DNA of 64,000 nt from Candidatus Nanoarchaeia archaeon (GCA_028713895.1 JAQTNH010000001.1:758610-822609); one strand, 5' to 3'; positions 25,663 through 35,658 are shown, counted from the stretch's first letter. The notes: generated by a model not told the origin, from the letters alone. Numbers and translations: made by a program.

Positions 25663-26574
25663 ATGATAGAGGTTATATTTTTGGGAACCAGCAGCATGTT
25701 TCCCACTGAAAAGAGGGCGCATTCAAGCATTTTTATAAGGGACGGGCCAGAGAACATACTTTTTGACTGCGGGGAAAGCTGCCAGAGGCAGATGCGGATT
25801 GCAGGCATTTCTCCAATGAAAGTGAACAGGATATTCATATCCCACTGGCACGGAGACCATGCGCTGGGATTAAGCGGATTAATACAGTCAATGGCTGCAA
25901 ACAAGCGCAGTGAAAAGCTGCAGGTTTACGGGCCAAAAGGCACAGAGAAGTTTATGTATCACCTGTTGCGTTCGTTTTCGTTTGACATGCGCTTTAAGAT
26001 TGAAGTAAACGAGATAACGCCAAAAGGGAAATCCCACAGGATTGTTGATGAAGACGCATTTGCAGTGGAAGCATTTCCGCTGCGACACATAATACCCTGC
26101 TGCGGATATTCTTTCATTGAAAAGGGAAAGCGCAAGATTGACATAGAATACGTCAAGAAACAGATTGGGATAACACAGCATCCCATACTGGGCGATTTGC
26201 AGAGAGGAAAGAACATAACACTGAACGGAAAGAAAGTTCTGGCTTCTAAAGCAACATTTACAACACCGGACAAGAAGCTGGTTTACATAGCAGACACATC
26301 ATATTTCAAGGGGATTGAGAAGTTTGCAAAAGATGCGGACATCCTGATTTCCGAGGCAACCTATGCGAGCGATGTTGGAGGAAGGGCAGAGGAATACTCA
26401 CACCTGACTGCAGCGGATTCTGCGAAGATTGCGAAGGATGCAGGAGTAAAGAACCTTATACTCACCCATTTCTCGCAGCGCTACACATCGCTGAAGCCAA
26501 TTGAAGACGATGCAAAGAAGATTTTCCCGCATGTTGCTCTTGCAAATGATTTTGACAAGTTCGTTATTGCTTGA
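25663..26574 (+). CDS. rnz: ribonuclease Z (metallo-beta-lactamase family, tRNA 3' processing)
   Basis: 303-aa ORF; MIEVIFLGTSS..., HxHxDH motif (SHWHGDHALG), size and C-terminal LTHFS motif. Confidence 0.75.
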   Translation: MIEVIFLGTSSMFPTEKRAHSSIFIRDGPENILFDCGESCQRQMRIAGISPMKVNRIFISHWHGDHALGLSGLIQSMAANKRSEKLQVYGPKGTEKFMYHLLRSFSFDMRFKIEVNEITPKGKSHRIVDEDAFAVEAFPLRHIIPCCGYSFIEKGKRKIDIEYVKKQIGITQHPILGDLQRGKNITLNGKKVLASKATFTTPDKKLVYIADTSYFKGIEKFAKDADILISEATYASDVGGRAEEYSHLTAADSAKIAKDAGVKNLILTHFSQRYTSLKPIEDDAKKIFPHVALANDFDKFVIA

Positions 26575-26578
26575 ATCT

Positions 26579-26665
26579 GCCTTTTCTTTGTTACCATGAG
26601 ACAAAGTCTCTGGCATCGCGAACGTGTTCGCAATGAAGAAAATGTAAGCTGCCAAAAGAAAGGGG
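26579..26665. repeat. hairpin element family, copy a (arms GCCTTTTCTTT... / ...AAGAAAATGTAAGCTGCCAAAAGAAAGGGG with a ~44-nt insertion in the loop)
   Basis: Arms match the 46-47-nt elements at 29962..30007 and 33166..33212; the insert contains the palindrome GCGAACGTGTTCGC; lies between convergent gene ends. Confidence 0.5.
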
Positions 26666-26666
26666 T

Positions 26667-28541
26667 CTAGGCATTCTTGAAGAAATCAACAATCCGCTTT
26701 ACAGGTTCTTTCGTAACAACGACTTTCCAGTCCAATGGAAGGCACTTGAAATAATTCTTCCATGTGAAGCGCTCGTCAATCAGGACGATTACTCCGCGGT
26801 CGCTTTCTGAGCGGATTGTCCTGCCGCAGGCCTGCACGACCTTGTTCATTGCAGGAAAGATGTAGCCATAATCCCAGCCAGCTCCGAAAAGCTTTTCATA
26901 ATATTCGATAAGGGACTGGGTTTCCAAGTCAGGCGATTCCAGCGGCACTCCAACGACAACAACTGCGTTGAGGAACTTGCCTGGGAGGTCGATGCCCTCT
27001 GAAAAGCTTCCTGCTGCTGCGCCAAGAAAGACTGCGCCTGTGTTTGAGAAGCTCTTGAACTCGTTCAGCATGTCAAGCCGCTCTTTTTTGCTGAGCCCCT
27101 GGCGCTCAAGGAAAATACTTTTTGAGCTCAGGCGCTCGAACTTTTTCAGCACCTGGTCGCGAAGCCAATACGAAGGGAAAAATACAGCAACATTTCCTGG
27201 AACTGCGTTGACAACATCACCGCACCACTTTGCAATCTTCTCGAACTCAGCCTCGTTCCTGCGGGTGTATTTTGTTGTTGTATCCGGCACAATGATTGAG
27301 AGTTTGTTTGCTTTCGGAAAAGGATTCTCGTATTCATGACAGACTGTCCGCTTTTCCTCCATGCCGAGCAAGTCACGGTACATGCGCGTTGGAGTGAGGG
27401 TGCCGCTCATCAAGATTGCAGAGTGGCAGCTGTCAAAAACCTCTTTTGACGCTTTTGCAGGGTCAAGGCAGCGAAAGTTGAGCTGGATTATCCGTTTGTC
27501 TTTCCAGTATTTCTCGCGCAGAATGCGGACATATCCGTCCCCTTCCTCAACCCAGAACTGCATGAAATTGCCAATGCTTCCGACAAAGCTCTTCTTGTTT
27601 TCAGTGCGAATCTTTTCTCCCGCGACCAGGAACTCTCCTGCAAGGGTTTCAAAATCAATGCCTGTTGCATCCACAACGCGCTTCTGGAAATCCTCGCGTG
27701 TGATGGTTGTCTCTTTTTTTTCATCAAAGCGCTGTTCAGACAAATCAATCAGGATGTTGTGTATTTCAGTGAGCTGGTTTGCTATTTCAAGGTATTCGAA
27801 CTTGCGGGCTTCAGCTACTGCACGGTCAACTGAGAATGTGGAAACTGTTGAGGAAAGAACCTCGCGGATTCGTTCGGGAAGGTTCTGCGCCTCGTCAACA
27901 ATAATTATGCAGTCATCAAGCTCCTTGTTTGTCTTGTTAAGAAAGGACTTGCGAACGCTCGGATGGAATATGTGGTAATAATCCGCAATGATTACCTTTG
28001 CGCCTTTTCCAAGCTCGCAGGCTATTTCGTACGGGCACATTTCACATTTCCCGCAGACTGAACAGACATCCTCAACATTGAGCGGACTTTCAGCTGTCAA
28101 TGCCTTAACAAGTTTTTCAGCGTCCTTTGTAAGATTTGTTGTCTTGCGCACCTTGTTGTAGAAAACACAGCGCTCCTCTTTTTTCATTTCCCTGCAGAAC
28201 TCTGCGAAATCTCCGCTGGTCAGGGACTGGACTCCTGGCACAAGGCACATCCAGACCTTTCCAATGAAATCAACAACATTGACGTTGATTTTGTATTTTT
28301 CCTTTATTTTCCTGAGAGTCTCAACAACATTGTGATGCTGGGTGTGCTTTGGAGTGAGAAATAATATGTTCTTGCCATTTTCTATTGCATACGCGAGAGC
28401 AGGAGAAAGTGCTGCTGCTGTTTTTCCAAGTCCGGTCGGAGCATGCGCTATAATATGCTTTCCGTCATTTATTGCCTGCGTTATGTCACTAATCATCTGT
28501 TTCTGCACAGGGCGCATATTGTCAAAAGGAAAAAGCTCCAT
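26667..28541 (-). CDS. xpd: XPD/Rad3-family DNA helicase
   Basis: 624-aa ORF; Walker A APTGLGKT, DEAQN (DEAH-box variant), four Cys of the FeS domain (CLVP...C...C..C). Confidence 0.85.
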   Translation of the reverse strand: MELFPFDNMRPVQKQMISDITQAINDGKHIIAHAPTGLGKTAAALSPALAYAIENGKNILFLTPKHTQHHNVVETLRKIKEKYKINVNVVDFIGKVWMCLVPGVQSLTSGDFAEFCREMKKEERCVFYNKVRKTTNLTKDAEKLVKALTAESPLNVEDVCSVCGKCEMCPYEIACELGKGAKVIIADYYHIFHPSVRKSFLNKTNKELDDCIIIVDEAQNLPERIREVLSSTVSTFSVDRAVAEARKFEYLEIANQLTEIHNILIDLSEQRFDEKKETTITREDFQKRVVDATGIDFETLAGEFLVAGEKIRTENKKSFVGSIGNFMQFWVEEGDGYVRILREKYWKDKRIIQLNFRCLDPAKASKEVFDSCHSAILMSGTLTPTRMYRDLLGMEEKRTVCHEYENPFPKANKLSIIVPDTTTKYTRRNEAEFEKIAKWCGDVVNAVPGNVAVFFPSYWLRDQVLKKFERLSSKSIFLERQGLSKKERLDMLNEFKSFSNTGAVFLGAAAGSFSEGIDLPGKFLNAVVVVGVPLESPDLETQSLIEYYEKLFGAGWDYGYIFPAMNKVVQACGRTIRSESDRGVIVLIDERFTWKNYFKCLPLDWKVVVTKEPVKRIVDFFKNA

Positions 28542-28577
28542 AACTGAGAAGTGTGTTTGAGGGTATTTAATGTTTAG

Positions 28578-28603
28578 GGTGCTGTCCAGTATGTCGACTA
28601 ATA
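28578..28603. promoter_or_regulatory. conserved 26-nt element, copy 3 (GGTGCTGTCCAGTATGTCGACTAATA)
   Basis: 22/26 match to copies 1 and 2; 37 nt upstream of the XPD ATG with a TTAAATA box between, and 42 nt upstream of the divergent + gene. Confidence 0.45.
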
Positions 28604-28644
28604 TGGTGGTAAATGTTATATAATCCTCGCGATTACTATAACTT

Positions 28645-29247
28645 ATGGCAAATGGTGAGGCACTGGCAGAAAATGTGCGCTATGACCTGATTGAGGTTCT
28701 GGAGCAGGTAAAGGATGCGCTGGAACGCATGGACATTGATGCGCTGTCCGAGTGGAGCAACCACACAATTCATTCTATTGCGATATACAGGGAAAAGCGG
28801 GCGGTTTACATTGCAATAATTGCATATTCCCTTTCAAAGCTCGTTGAGAAGAAGCGGGAGCATCTTGTTGAGAAAGACAAATGGAGCAATTTCATAGCAA
28901 ACCTGCTGAAAGAGATGGTTCAGGCTGTTGAAGCACTGGAAAGCAAGAACATTGGAAAGTTTGATGCGCTGATAACACAGATGATGAAGCAGATATCAGA
29001 TTTTGATGTTTCTTTCTCGCGATATGCGCAGGAAGTGCTTGAGTTCTCAAAGGTGCAGAAGGGAGCGCGCATCTATGAGCACGGGATATCCCTTTCAGGC
29101 ATCGCAGAGATGCTCGGGGTAAGCAAGTGGGATTTGATGCGAAAGGTCGGGGAGCTCAAAGAAAAGCCAGAGGAAGAACATGTTTTTGGCGTAACAAAAA
29201 GCTCAAAACAAAGACTGGAGGAGCTGAAAAAGCTTTCAAAAAAGTGA
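28645..29247 (+). CDS. hypothetical protein with C-terminal HTH-like segment
   Basis: 200-aa ORF; ...ISLSGIAEMLGVSKWDLMRKVG...; TTATATAA box ~25 nt upstream of ATG (leaderless-type). Confidence 0.45.
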   Translation: MANGEALAENVRYDLIEVLEQVKDALERMDIDALSEWSNHTIHSIAIYREKRAVYIAIIAYSLSKLVEKKREHLVEKDKWSNFIANLLKEMVQAVEALESKNIGKFDALITQMMKQISDFDVSFSRYAQEVLEFSKVQKGARIYEHGISLSGIAEMLGVSKWDLMRKVGELKEKPEEEHVFGVTKSSKQRLEELKKLSKK

Positions 29248-29252
29248 TTAAC

Positions 29253-29957
29253 ATGCCAACTGTTGTCGTAGATTCCTCCACAATAATCTCATGCGCAGCG
29301 AACTGCATATTATGGATGTTTGACGAGCTGAAGAAAAAAGGATTCAAGTTCATAGTCCCGAAAGGCGTTGAGCAGGAAATCATCTCAAGCGGTTTGAAGA
29401 CGCTGAAGTACAAGTACGAGGCAATCCGTGTCATGCACCATTTTATCAACGGCTCGCTGGTTTCGCACCCCAAGAACATGCAGCAGAAGGCAAGCGAACT
29501 TTTGAAGTATGCGAACTCAAGCTTCCGCGTAAAGAACCAGTACCTTAAGGTCCTGCAGGAAGCTGATGCAGAGGTTGCTGCGCTTGCAAAAGAAATCAAC
29601 GCAGACTTCATACTGACTGATGAGCGAACGCTCAGATTATTTTTCGAGAACCCTGGCTCGCTGGAAAAATTATATGAGCACAGGTTTCACACAAATGTGC
29701 AGACCGACAGGGATAACCTTGCAAAACTAAAGCAGATGATTGGCGACATTCCTGTGTTCCGCTCGGTTGATTTGGCTGCATATGCGATAGACGCGGGAAT
29801 CTTTAACCTGTCAATAAGCAATGCAAGCAAGTATGACAGGGAATCGCGCAAGCACGTTATTGAGGGTGTGCTGTATGCGCTGAGGTTCGGCGGATGCGGA
29901 GTTTCATTTGAGGAAATACAGGAATATGTTAACCTCCTTTTGAGGCCAAATAAATGA
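29253..29957 (+). CDS. PIN-domain-like nuclease protein
   Basis: ORF 29127..29957 trimmed to ATG 29253 (MPTVVVDSSTIISCA...); acidic positions VVDSS...EQE...LTDERT fit a PIN-like pattern; weak. Confidence 0.4.
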   Translation: MPTVVVDSSTIISCAANCILWMFDELKKKGFKFIVPKGVEQEIISSGLKTLKYKYEAIRVMHHFINGSLVSHPKNMQQKASELLKYANSSFRVKNQYLKVLQEADAEVAALAKEINADFILTDERTLRLFFENPGSLEKLYEHRFHTNVQTDRDNLAKLKQMIGDIPVFRSVDLAAYAIDAGIFNLSISNASKYDRESRKHVIEGVLYALRFGGCGVSFEEIQEYVNLLLRPNK

Positions 29958-29961
29958 AACT

Positions 29962-30007
29962 GCCTTTTCTTTCGCAGAAAGAAAATGCAAGCTGCCAAAA
30001 GAAAGGC
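29962..30007. repeat. hairpin element family, copy b (GCCTTTTCTTTCGCAGAAAGAAAATGCAAGCTGCCAAAAGAAAGGC)
   Basis: 9-bp stem TTTTCTTTC/GAAAGAAAA plus conserved tail ATG[CT]A[AG]G[CT]TGCCAAAAGAAAG; between convergent gene ends. Confidence 0.5.
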
Positions 30008-30144
30008 AATTACTGTGACAAAATATGAAAAAAGCAACAACAGACGATTTCAAAAAAGAAATGCGGCTGAATTCATGGATACTTGTAGTTGTTGCAATAA
30101 TAATGCTGATTCTTTTCCTGTCGGCTGCAGGGTATCTGTTTAAC

Positions 30145-32526
30145 CTATAGCCCTTCTTTTTCCTGGGCAATGTCTAAAAACGCCTGCTTAGCTTCTATTT
30201 CAGCGATATGCCTCTTTACTGATTCAACCACATCTGGATTGACGCTCACTGAAGTTATGCCACAAGCAACCAAGAACTCAGCTATTTCTGGGTAAACGCT
30301 TACGCTTTGTCCGCACAATGATATTGTTTTGTTGTGCTTCTTGAAGCCGCGGATAATCCTGCTGATTGCATGAAGCACCGCAGGGTTGCGCTCGTCAAAG
30401 TATCCCATGTTTCCGAGAAGCTGGGAATCCCTGTCCACACCAAGAGTCAGCTGGGTCAAATCATTGCTTCCGATTGATGCGCCGTCAATGTCAAGCTTTG
30501 CAAACTCCTCCGGAATGATTGCCATCGAGGGAACCTCTGCCATGAGCCAGATTTTGAAATCTTCGCTGCGCTCCAATCCCTCGCTGTTCAGGATTTCAAT
30601 TCCCTTCATGACTTCTGCTGTGTTTCGCACGAACGGGAACATCACATGAACATTTGTCAAGCCGTCATCACGGAGCTTCTTTATTGCCTTGCATTCAAGC
30701 CTGAACGCAGGCTCAAATATCCCGGAGACATAACGCGATACACCTCGCCAGCCAATCATGGGGTTCTCTTCGCTTGGCTCGAATTCTTTTCCGCCAGCCA
30801 AGCCAGAGTATTCATTTGTCTTGAAGTCGCTGAATCTAATCACAACCGGACGCGGGAAAATCGCTTTCGCAACCTTCTGGATTCCATTCGCGAGCTTTTC
30901 AACATACTCGTCCTGGCGTCCCTCTTTGAGCATCTTTAGGGGATGCTCCTTGATTTCGTCCGCAATAATGAACTCGAGACGCATTAAGCCTATCCCATCG
31001 AACGGAAGGTTGACATATTTGTCAATCATGTCGGGGATTCCAAGGTTCATGTAAATCTTTGTGTGCGTCTGGATTTCCTCGATTGGCTTCAGGTTTGCAG
31101 TCTCAGCTTCTTTAGGCTGTTCTATCTTAATCTCTCCCATGTAAACTTTGCCATGGGTTGCATCGACTGTAATCTTGTCGCCGTCATGCAGTGTTGTTGA
31201 TGCCTTGCCTGTGCCGACAATGCAGGGCACACCCATCTCGCGGGATACGATTGCTGCATGGCTTGTCATTCCACCTTCGTCTGTGACAATTGCGCTTGCA
31301 CGCTTCATTGCAGGGACAAAATCAGGGTCAGTCATTTTTGTAACCATGATGTCTCCAACCTGAACCTTGTCAAGCTCATCCATATCATGGACTATCTTTA
31401 CTGTGCCGCTGATTACTCCATGGCTTGCAGGAAGCCCGGTAAGTATTGCGTCGCCTGCTGGTTCAATTGCTTTTTCTTCAGGCCCGCCAACACCTTTTTC
31501 GCGCAGTGTTGTGATCGGGCGCGTCTGCACAATATAGAGCTTTTTTCCCTCAACAGCCCATTCGCTGTCCTGCGGCTTGCCGCCATAATGGTCCTCAATC
31601 ATCTTGATTGCCTTTGCAAGCTGGACAATTTCTTCGTCATCAAGAACTTTTGAGGTGCTCTTTGGCTCTTCAAGGTCAATGTGTATATTCTTGCCTTCGG
31701 GGCTCCTGCGTATCATGAAATCTTTTTTCATGATTTTTGTTTCAAGAATCTTGAATTCATCCTTTGAGACAACGTAATTGTCAGGGTTTATTGAGCCTGA
31801 AACAACCGCCTCTCCGAGCCCGAATCCCGCTTCAATGACTATTTTGTTTGGGTCCTGCGAAACAGGGTCAACTGAGAATGCAACCCCGCTTTTTGTGGAA
31901 TCAACCATCCGCTGGATTACAACTGCTATAAAGACCTTGAAATGGTCAAAATTGTTTTTTTCGCGGTAGAATATTGCACGGGCTGTGAACAGCGATGCCC
32001 AGCAGTCGCGCACTGCCTCAAGAACATTTTTTGAGCCTTTGACATTGAGGAATGTCTGCTGCTGCCCTGCAAAAGACGCCTGCGGCAAATCCTCTGCTGT
32101 TGCGCTTGAACGCACTGCGACAAAAGGTGGCTCGCGCGAGGCGTTTATGAATGACGCTGCTGTGCGCGGCAAATCATATGCGCTCTTGTACATCGCATCA
32201 TATGCGCGTGTTATCTCTGCTGCAATATATTCTGGAATCAGTTCAGAACGGATGATTGTCTGGATTTGCTTTGAGGCAGACTGCAGTGAGTCGTTGTCAT
32301 CAACATTCAACTCAGCGAGAACTTCCTGCATTTCCTGCTTTATTCCAGTGTCTTCCAAGAATTTTTTATAGGTGAGCGCTGTTATGACAAATCCCGGGGG
32401 AACTGGGAAGCCTGCATTGTACATCTCCCCGAGGTTTGCGCCTTTTCCGCCGACATAAGGAATATCATCTTTGCTTATCTCCTTAAAATTGAGGATTAAT
32501 CTTTCTGCTTTTGAGCCTGAATCCAT
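30145..32526 (-). CDS. ppsA: phosphoenolpyruvate synthase
   Basis: 793-aa ORF; ATP-grasp N-terminus (GGKGANLGEM), phosphohistidine motif GGMTSHAAIVSRE, PEP-utilising C-terminal domain. Confidence 0.9.
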   Translation of the reverse strand: MDSGSKAERLILNFKEISKDDIPYVGGKGANLGEMYNAGFPVPPGFVITALTYKKFLEDTGIKQEMQEVLAELNVDDNDSLQSASKQIQTIIRSELIPEYIAAEITRAYDAMYKSAYDLPRTAASFINASREPPFVAVRSSATAEDLPQASFAGQQQTFLNVKGSKNVLEAVRDCWASLFTARAIFYREKNNFDHFKVFIAVVIQRMVDSTKSGVAFSVDPVSQDPNKIVIEAGFGLGEAVVSGSINPDNYVVSKDEFKILETKIMKKDFMIRRSPEGKNIHIDLEEPKSTSKVLDDEEIVQLAKAIKMIEDHYGGKPQDSEWAVEGKKLYIVQTRPITTLREKGVGGPEEKAIEPAGDAILTGLPASHGVISGTVKIVHDMDELDKVQVGDIMVTKMTDPDFVPAMKRASAIVTDEGGMTSHAAIVSREMGVPCIVGTGKASTTLHDGDKITVDATHGKVYMGEIKIEQPKEAETANLKPIEEIQTHTKIYMNLGIPDMIDKYVNLPFDGIGLMRLEFIIADEIKEHPLKMLKEGRQDEYVEKLANGIQKVAKAIFPRPVVIRFSDFKTNEYSGLAGGKEFEPSEENPMIGWRGVSRYVSGIFEPAFRLECKAIKKLRDDGLTNVHVMFPFVRNTAEVMKGIEILNSEGLERSEDFKIWLMAEVPSMAIIPEEFAKLDIDGASIGSNDLTQLTLGVDRDSQLLGNMGYFDERNPAVLHAISRIIRGFKKHNKTISLCGQSVSVYPEIAEFLVACGITSVSVNPDVVESVKRHIAEIEAKQAFLDIAQEKEGL

Positions 32527-32579
32527 TTAGCAATCACCTACCCTATACTATAAAATTTTAGAGAAGTATATAAGTTTTG

Positions 32580-33125
32580 TTAAAGCTTGGCTTTTGGTTC
32601 GCGGTTTTCAACGAAAATGTTTGCACGCAGTGAAAGCTTGTATCTCGCCTGGTGCATTGCTTTTTTTGCAATCTCAGCATATTTTGGAGTTGTTGTTATG
32701 TACATGACTTCCTGTCCTGCTTTTATCTGGGCTGCAATCCCTGTTGGCTTGCCAAAGCTGTGCGCCATGCCTGTTGAGAACCTGTCTGCGCCTGCGCCTG
32801 CTGCAAGCGCGTTTTCCCTGAGAACGTGATGCGGGTATGTTTTTATCTTGAAATAATAACCGTTTAGCCCGATGTCTGTTGTAAGAACCTTGTTCACTGC
32901 AACACGGGCTGCTTCAAGCGCATTGTGGCGGACCTGCGCTGTGTCTTTTGAGATAAAATGAATAATGCAGGGATATTCCTGGGCTTTTGCCTTGTCGCCC
33001 ATGTCAAAGGATACTATTTTTGAGAAAGGCACTCCTCTTACGAATGATTTTTCCCTTCGCTTGGACTTTCGAGTGTATGGCCTCTCCGGTCTCTTGTAGC
33101 AGCATCCTTTTCGTAACTTTGCCAT
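32580..33125 (-). CDS. rpl10e: 50S ribosomal protein L10e (uL16)
   Basis: 181-aa ORF MAKLRKGCCYKRPERPYTRKSKRREKSFVRGVP... Confidence 0.9.
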   Translation of the reverse strand: MAKLRKGCCYKRPERPYTRKSKRREKSFVRGVPFSKIVSFDMGDKAKAQEYPCIIHFISKDTAQVRHNALEAARVAVNKVLTTDIGLNGYYFKIKTYPHHVLRENALAAGAGADRFSTGMAHSFGKPTGIAAQIKAGQEVMYITTTPKYAEIAKKAMHQARYKLSLRANIFVENREPKAKL

Positions 33126-33165
33126 GTGTTAGGCTAAAGAATTTCTATTTAAAAGCTTTCCGCCC

Positions 33166-33212
33166 GCCTTTTCTTTCTAAAGAAAGAAAATGTAGGTTGC
33201 CAAAAGAAAGAC
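33166..33212. repeat. hairpin element family, copy c (GCCTTTTCTTTCTAAAGAAAGAAAATGTAGGTTGCCAAAAGAAAGAC)
   Basis: Same architecture as copy b; here it lies in a divergent intergenic region upstream of L10e. Confidence 0.5.
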
Positions 33213-33278
33213 TTTTTGGCGGCTATATTATATTGTATTACAAAGGTTTTTCTATGCGGACTGCCTTATGGAGAGTGT

Positions 33279-33740
33279 ATGGAGTACAACCAGATGTTCA
33301 GGGAGGCAAAGCGGGAGCTTAGCTTAGCCGAGCACATAATGACTGTGACGCTGCCGTTCTTAAATGACAAGAAAATTTATTTCAACATCCTAGAGCACAT
33401 CAACAATGCTATTTTCAATGGCATGCGCTCGTTTTTGCTCATGAAAAAGGAGCACAAGGAGCTCAGAATAGTGCCGGAAAGCAACGAGCTTGCAAAACAA
33501 TTGTTCTTTGAAATGTACACGGACAGCCTGGGGCTCTCTTCACTGGATGAAAGGTTCATCAATGAACTTGAACACATCCTGAAGTCATACAAAAAAAGCC
33601 AGGTTGAGATTGAACGCGGGCAAAACCAGCTGATTGTGCTGCCAAGCTACGAAACGGTTTCGGTAAATGACGACAAGATAAAGAAATATTTAAAAGATGC
33701 AAAAGATTTTATTACCAAGACGGAAAAGGGACTGGTATAG
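33279..33740 (+). CDS. hypothetical protein
   Basis: ORF 33216..33740 trimmed to first ATG (MEYNQMFREAKREL...); helical, no family recognised. Confidence 0.4.
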   Translation: MEYNQMFREAKRELSLAEHIMTVTLPFLNDKKIYFNILEHINNAIFNGMRSFLLMKKEHKELRIVPESNELAKQLFFEMYTDSLGLSSLDERFINELEHILKSYKKSQVEIERGQNQLIVLPSYETVSVNDDKIKKYLKDAKDFITKTEKGLV

Positions 33741-34043
33741 TTGAAAAACATTGAACTGGCGCGCACAAAACTTGAGAGAGCGCAGCTTCTTTTCGAAACT
33801 TTTGAGGAAATTTCTGAGAACGAGCTGAAGCAGATTTTTAATTATGTCATGAATGCGATTGAACTCATGCCTGCAGATAACATTGACAAGTACGAACTGT
33901 ACGGACAGGTGCGCAATCTTGCGGGCTGCGACATTAAAAAGTTCGGCGGAATATTCAAGGCAGTGAACTGGAAGAATTCCACGATTTTAAGGAAACAGGA
34001 CATAAAAGAAATGATTGACAGGATAGATATGCTTCTGAACTAA
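33741..34043 (+). CDS. hypothetical protein
   Basis: 100-aa ORF starting at TTG immediately after the upstream stop; helical. Confidence 0.35.
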   Translation: MKNIELARTKLERAQLLFETFEEISENELKQIFNYVMNAIELMPADNIDKYELYGQVRNLAGCDIKKFGGIFKAVNWKNSTILRKQDIKEMIDRIDMLLN

Positions 34044-34486
34044 TCTGCTGGCTCGCCAGCAGCTTTGTCAGCAATGTCTTCCAGGCTGTTTTTTGCTAGC
34101 ACTTTAAGCTTTCTGCGTTTTTTTAACTGGTCTCTATAATAGCTTCTTATTTCTTTATTAAATTGATACCTTGACCATTCATATACGGCATCAAGGGCAT
34201 TTGTTCCGGCAGCAATATAAAGAGACAGCTCCGAATCTAAGAAAATCAATGGCAAAAACAAAGATTCAACGCCTGCTACAACCCCTGTAGCATAGCCTGC
34301 AATTTCAGTAGTTTTTAGGTTATGAAAAACCTTTTTGCAATCTTCAGAATCATTTAAAATCATTATTGCGGTTGGAGCAAAATAAGGTGTTATAAAACCG
34401 TATCCAAAACCCTTCATGAATCTGCCGATATCTGCGCCCATTTCTTTTGCAGCTTCAAGATTTGTTGGTTCGCATTTCTTTGTCAC
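34040..34486 (-). CDS. hypothetical membrane protein
   Basis: 148-aa ORF with several hydrophobic segments. Confidence 0.4.
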   Translation of the reverse strand: MTKKCEPTNLEAAKEMGADIGRFMKGFGYGFITPYFAPTAIMILNDSEDCKKVFHNLKTTEIAGYATGVVAGVESLFLPLIFLDSELSLYIAAGTNALDAVYEWSRYQFNKEIRSYYRDQLKKRRKLKVLAKNSLEDIADKAAGEPAD

Positions 34487-34537
34487 TTATAAGCCCCTTA
34501 TTTGTCATTATTATGCAATAATCAATTATAAACTTTT

Positions 34538-35656
34538 TTAGTCTCTTGATATCCAGTTCGCGATTTCGTCTGCGCCTTTTCCGCGCAAGCCGCAGGTGCT
34601 GAGATTCTTCTGGTACTCCTTTTCATGCGCAAAGAAGTGCTCGAGGCCCTTTTTTATCTCTTCGGGATTGATTTTGCCCTTAAGGAAGCATGCAGAGCCG
34701 TAGCCCTCTTTTTCCACGAGAGCTGCATTAACGAGCTGCTCAACATGATTGCGGAGAGGGATTGCGAGAATCGGCTTCTGATAGCAGATTGCCTCTGAGA
34801 TTGTAGAATGCCCTGCCGGCGCAATCACGCCTTTTGATATTTTCAGGTACTCAAGAATGTTAGGGATAAACGGAACAATTATCATATTTTTTGTTTTTTC
34901 AATCTTTGTTGTTACATTGTTGCTTGAAACAATGAATCTCTTGTTCTTGAACTGTGGAAGCACATTGCGCAGCACTCCGAACAATGGTTTCTCTATTTCA
35001 GAGCCTCCGACTGTCACGAGATAGAACTCGTCGGGGATGCCCATCTTAATGCGCAGTTTGTCTTCCGGAGGGAGTTCGCCCGACCGCTTGCGTATAACCA
35101 AATCAGTATAACGCACATTCTCCTCGTATCTCACCTTTGATTCAAATGAAGGAACAAAAATCTTGTGAGTCCGCTTTGCGATGAAATCCATAAGGCGCTT
35201 TACCATGAAGTGCTGCATCATAAGGTCATTTGTGCGCAGGCTTTTTGGTATCCGCTCATAATTATTTATTGTGGTTGGCAGATTTGACAGCATGTAATTC
35301 TTCAGGTTCCTGCGGTGTGAATAGTAGAATGCGTTTGGGTCTGTGTCGCTTACCACCTTGTCCGGCTTGAACTCGTCAGCCAGCTTCACAAACTGGTAGT
35401 AGTCCCGCTTGAGCTTTGTGGGGTCGCGGAAAGAGTCAAGCACATTAAGCATCACGCTGAAAGTGTATTCCTGCCCCTTGTAATCGTAACCGCCTGTGTC
35501 TGATACATTGTAGCCCTTCTTTTTGAAGAATTCATAAGCATCGCCCCAGGTTATTATCTTTACACTGTCACCCTGTTTCTCAAGTGATTTGACAATGGCC
35601 TCGCTACGCGTTGCGTGCCCGAGTCCTATGCCGACTACCGAAACCAAAATTTTCAT
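34538..35656 (-). CDS. glycosyltransferase (GT-B, MGT/GT28-like)
   Basis: 372-aa ORF; N-terminal GIGLGHATRS, C-terminal ...APAGHSTISEAICYQKPILAIP... nucleotide-sugar binding pattern. Confidence 0.65.
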   Translation of the reverse strand: MKILVSVVGIGLGHATRSEAIVKSLEKQGDSVKIITWGDAYEFFKKKGYNVSDTGGYDYKGQEYTFSVMLNVLDSFRDPTKLKRDYYQFVKLADEFKPDKVVSDTDPNAFYYSHRRNLKNYMLSNLPTTINNYERIPKSLRTNDLMMQHFMVKRLMDFIAKRTHKIFVPSFESKVRYEENVRYTDLVIRKRSGELPPEDKLRIKMGIPDEFYLVTVGGSEIEKPLFGVLRNVLPQFKNKRFIVSSNNVTTKIEKTKNMIIVPFIPNILEYLKISKGVIAPAGHSTISEAICYQKPILAIPLRNHVEQLVNAALVEKEGYGSACFLKGKINPEEIKKGLEHFFAHEKEYQKNLSTCGLRGKGADEIANWISRD

Positions 35657-35658
35657 TT

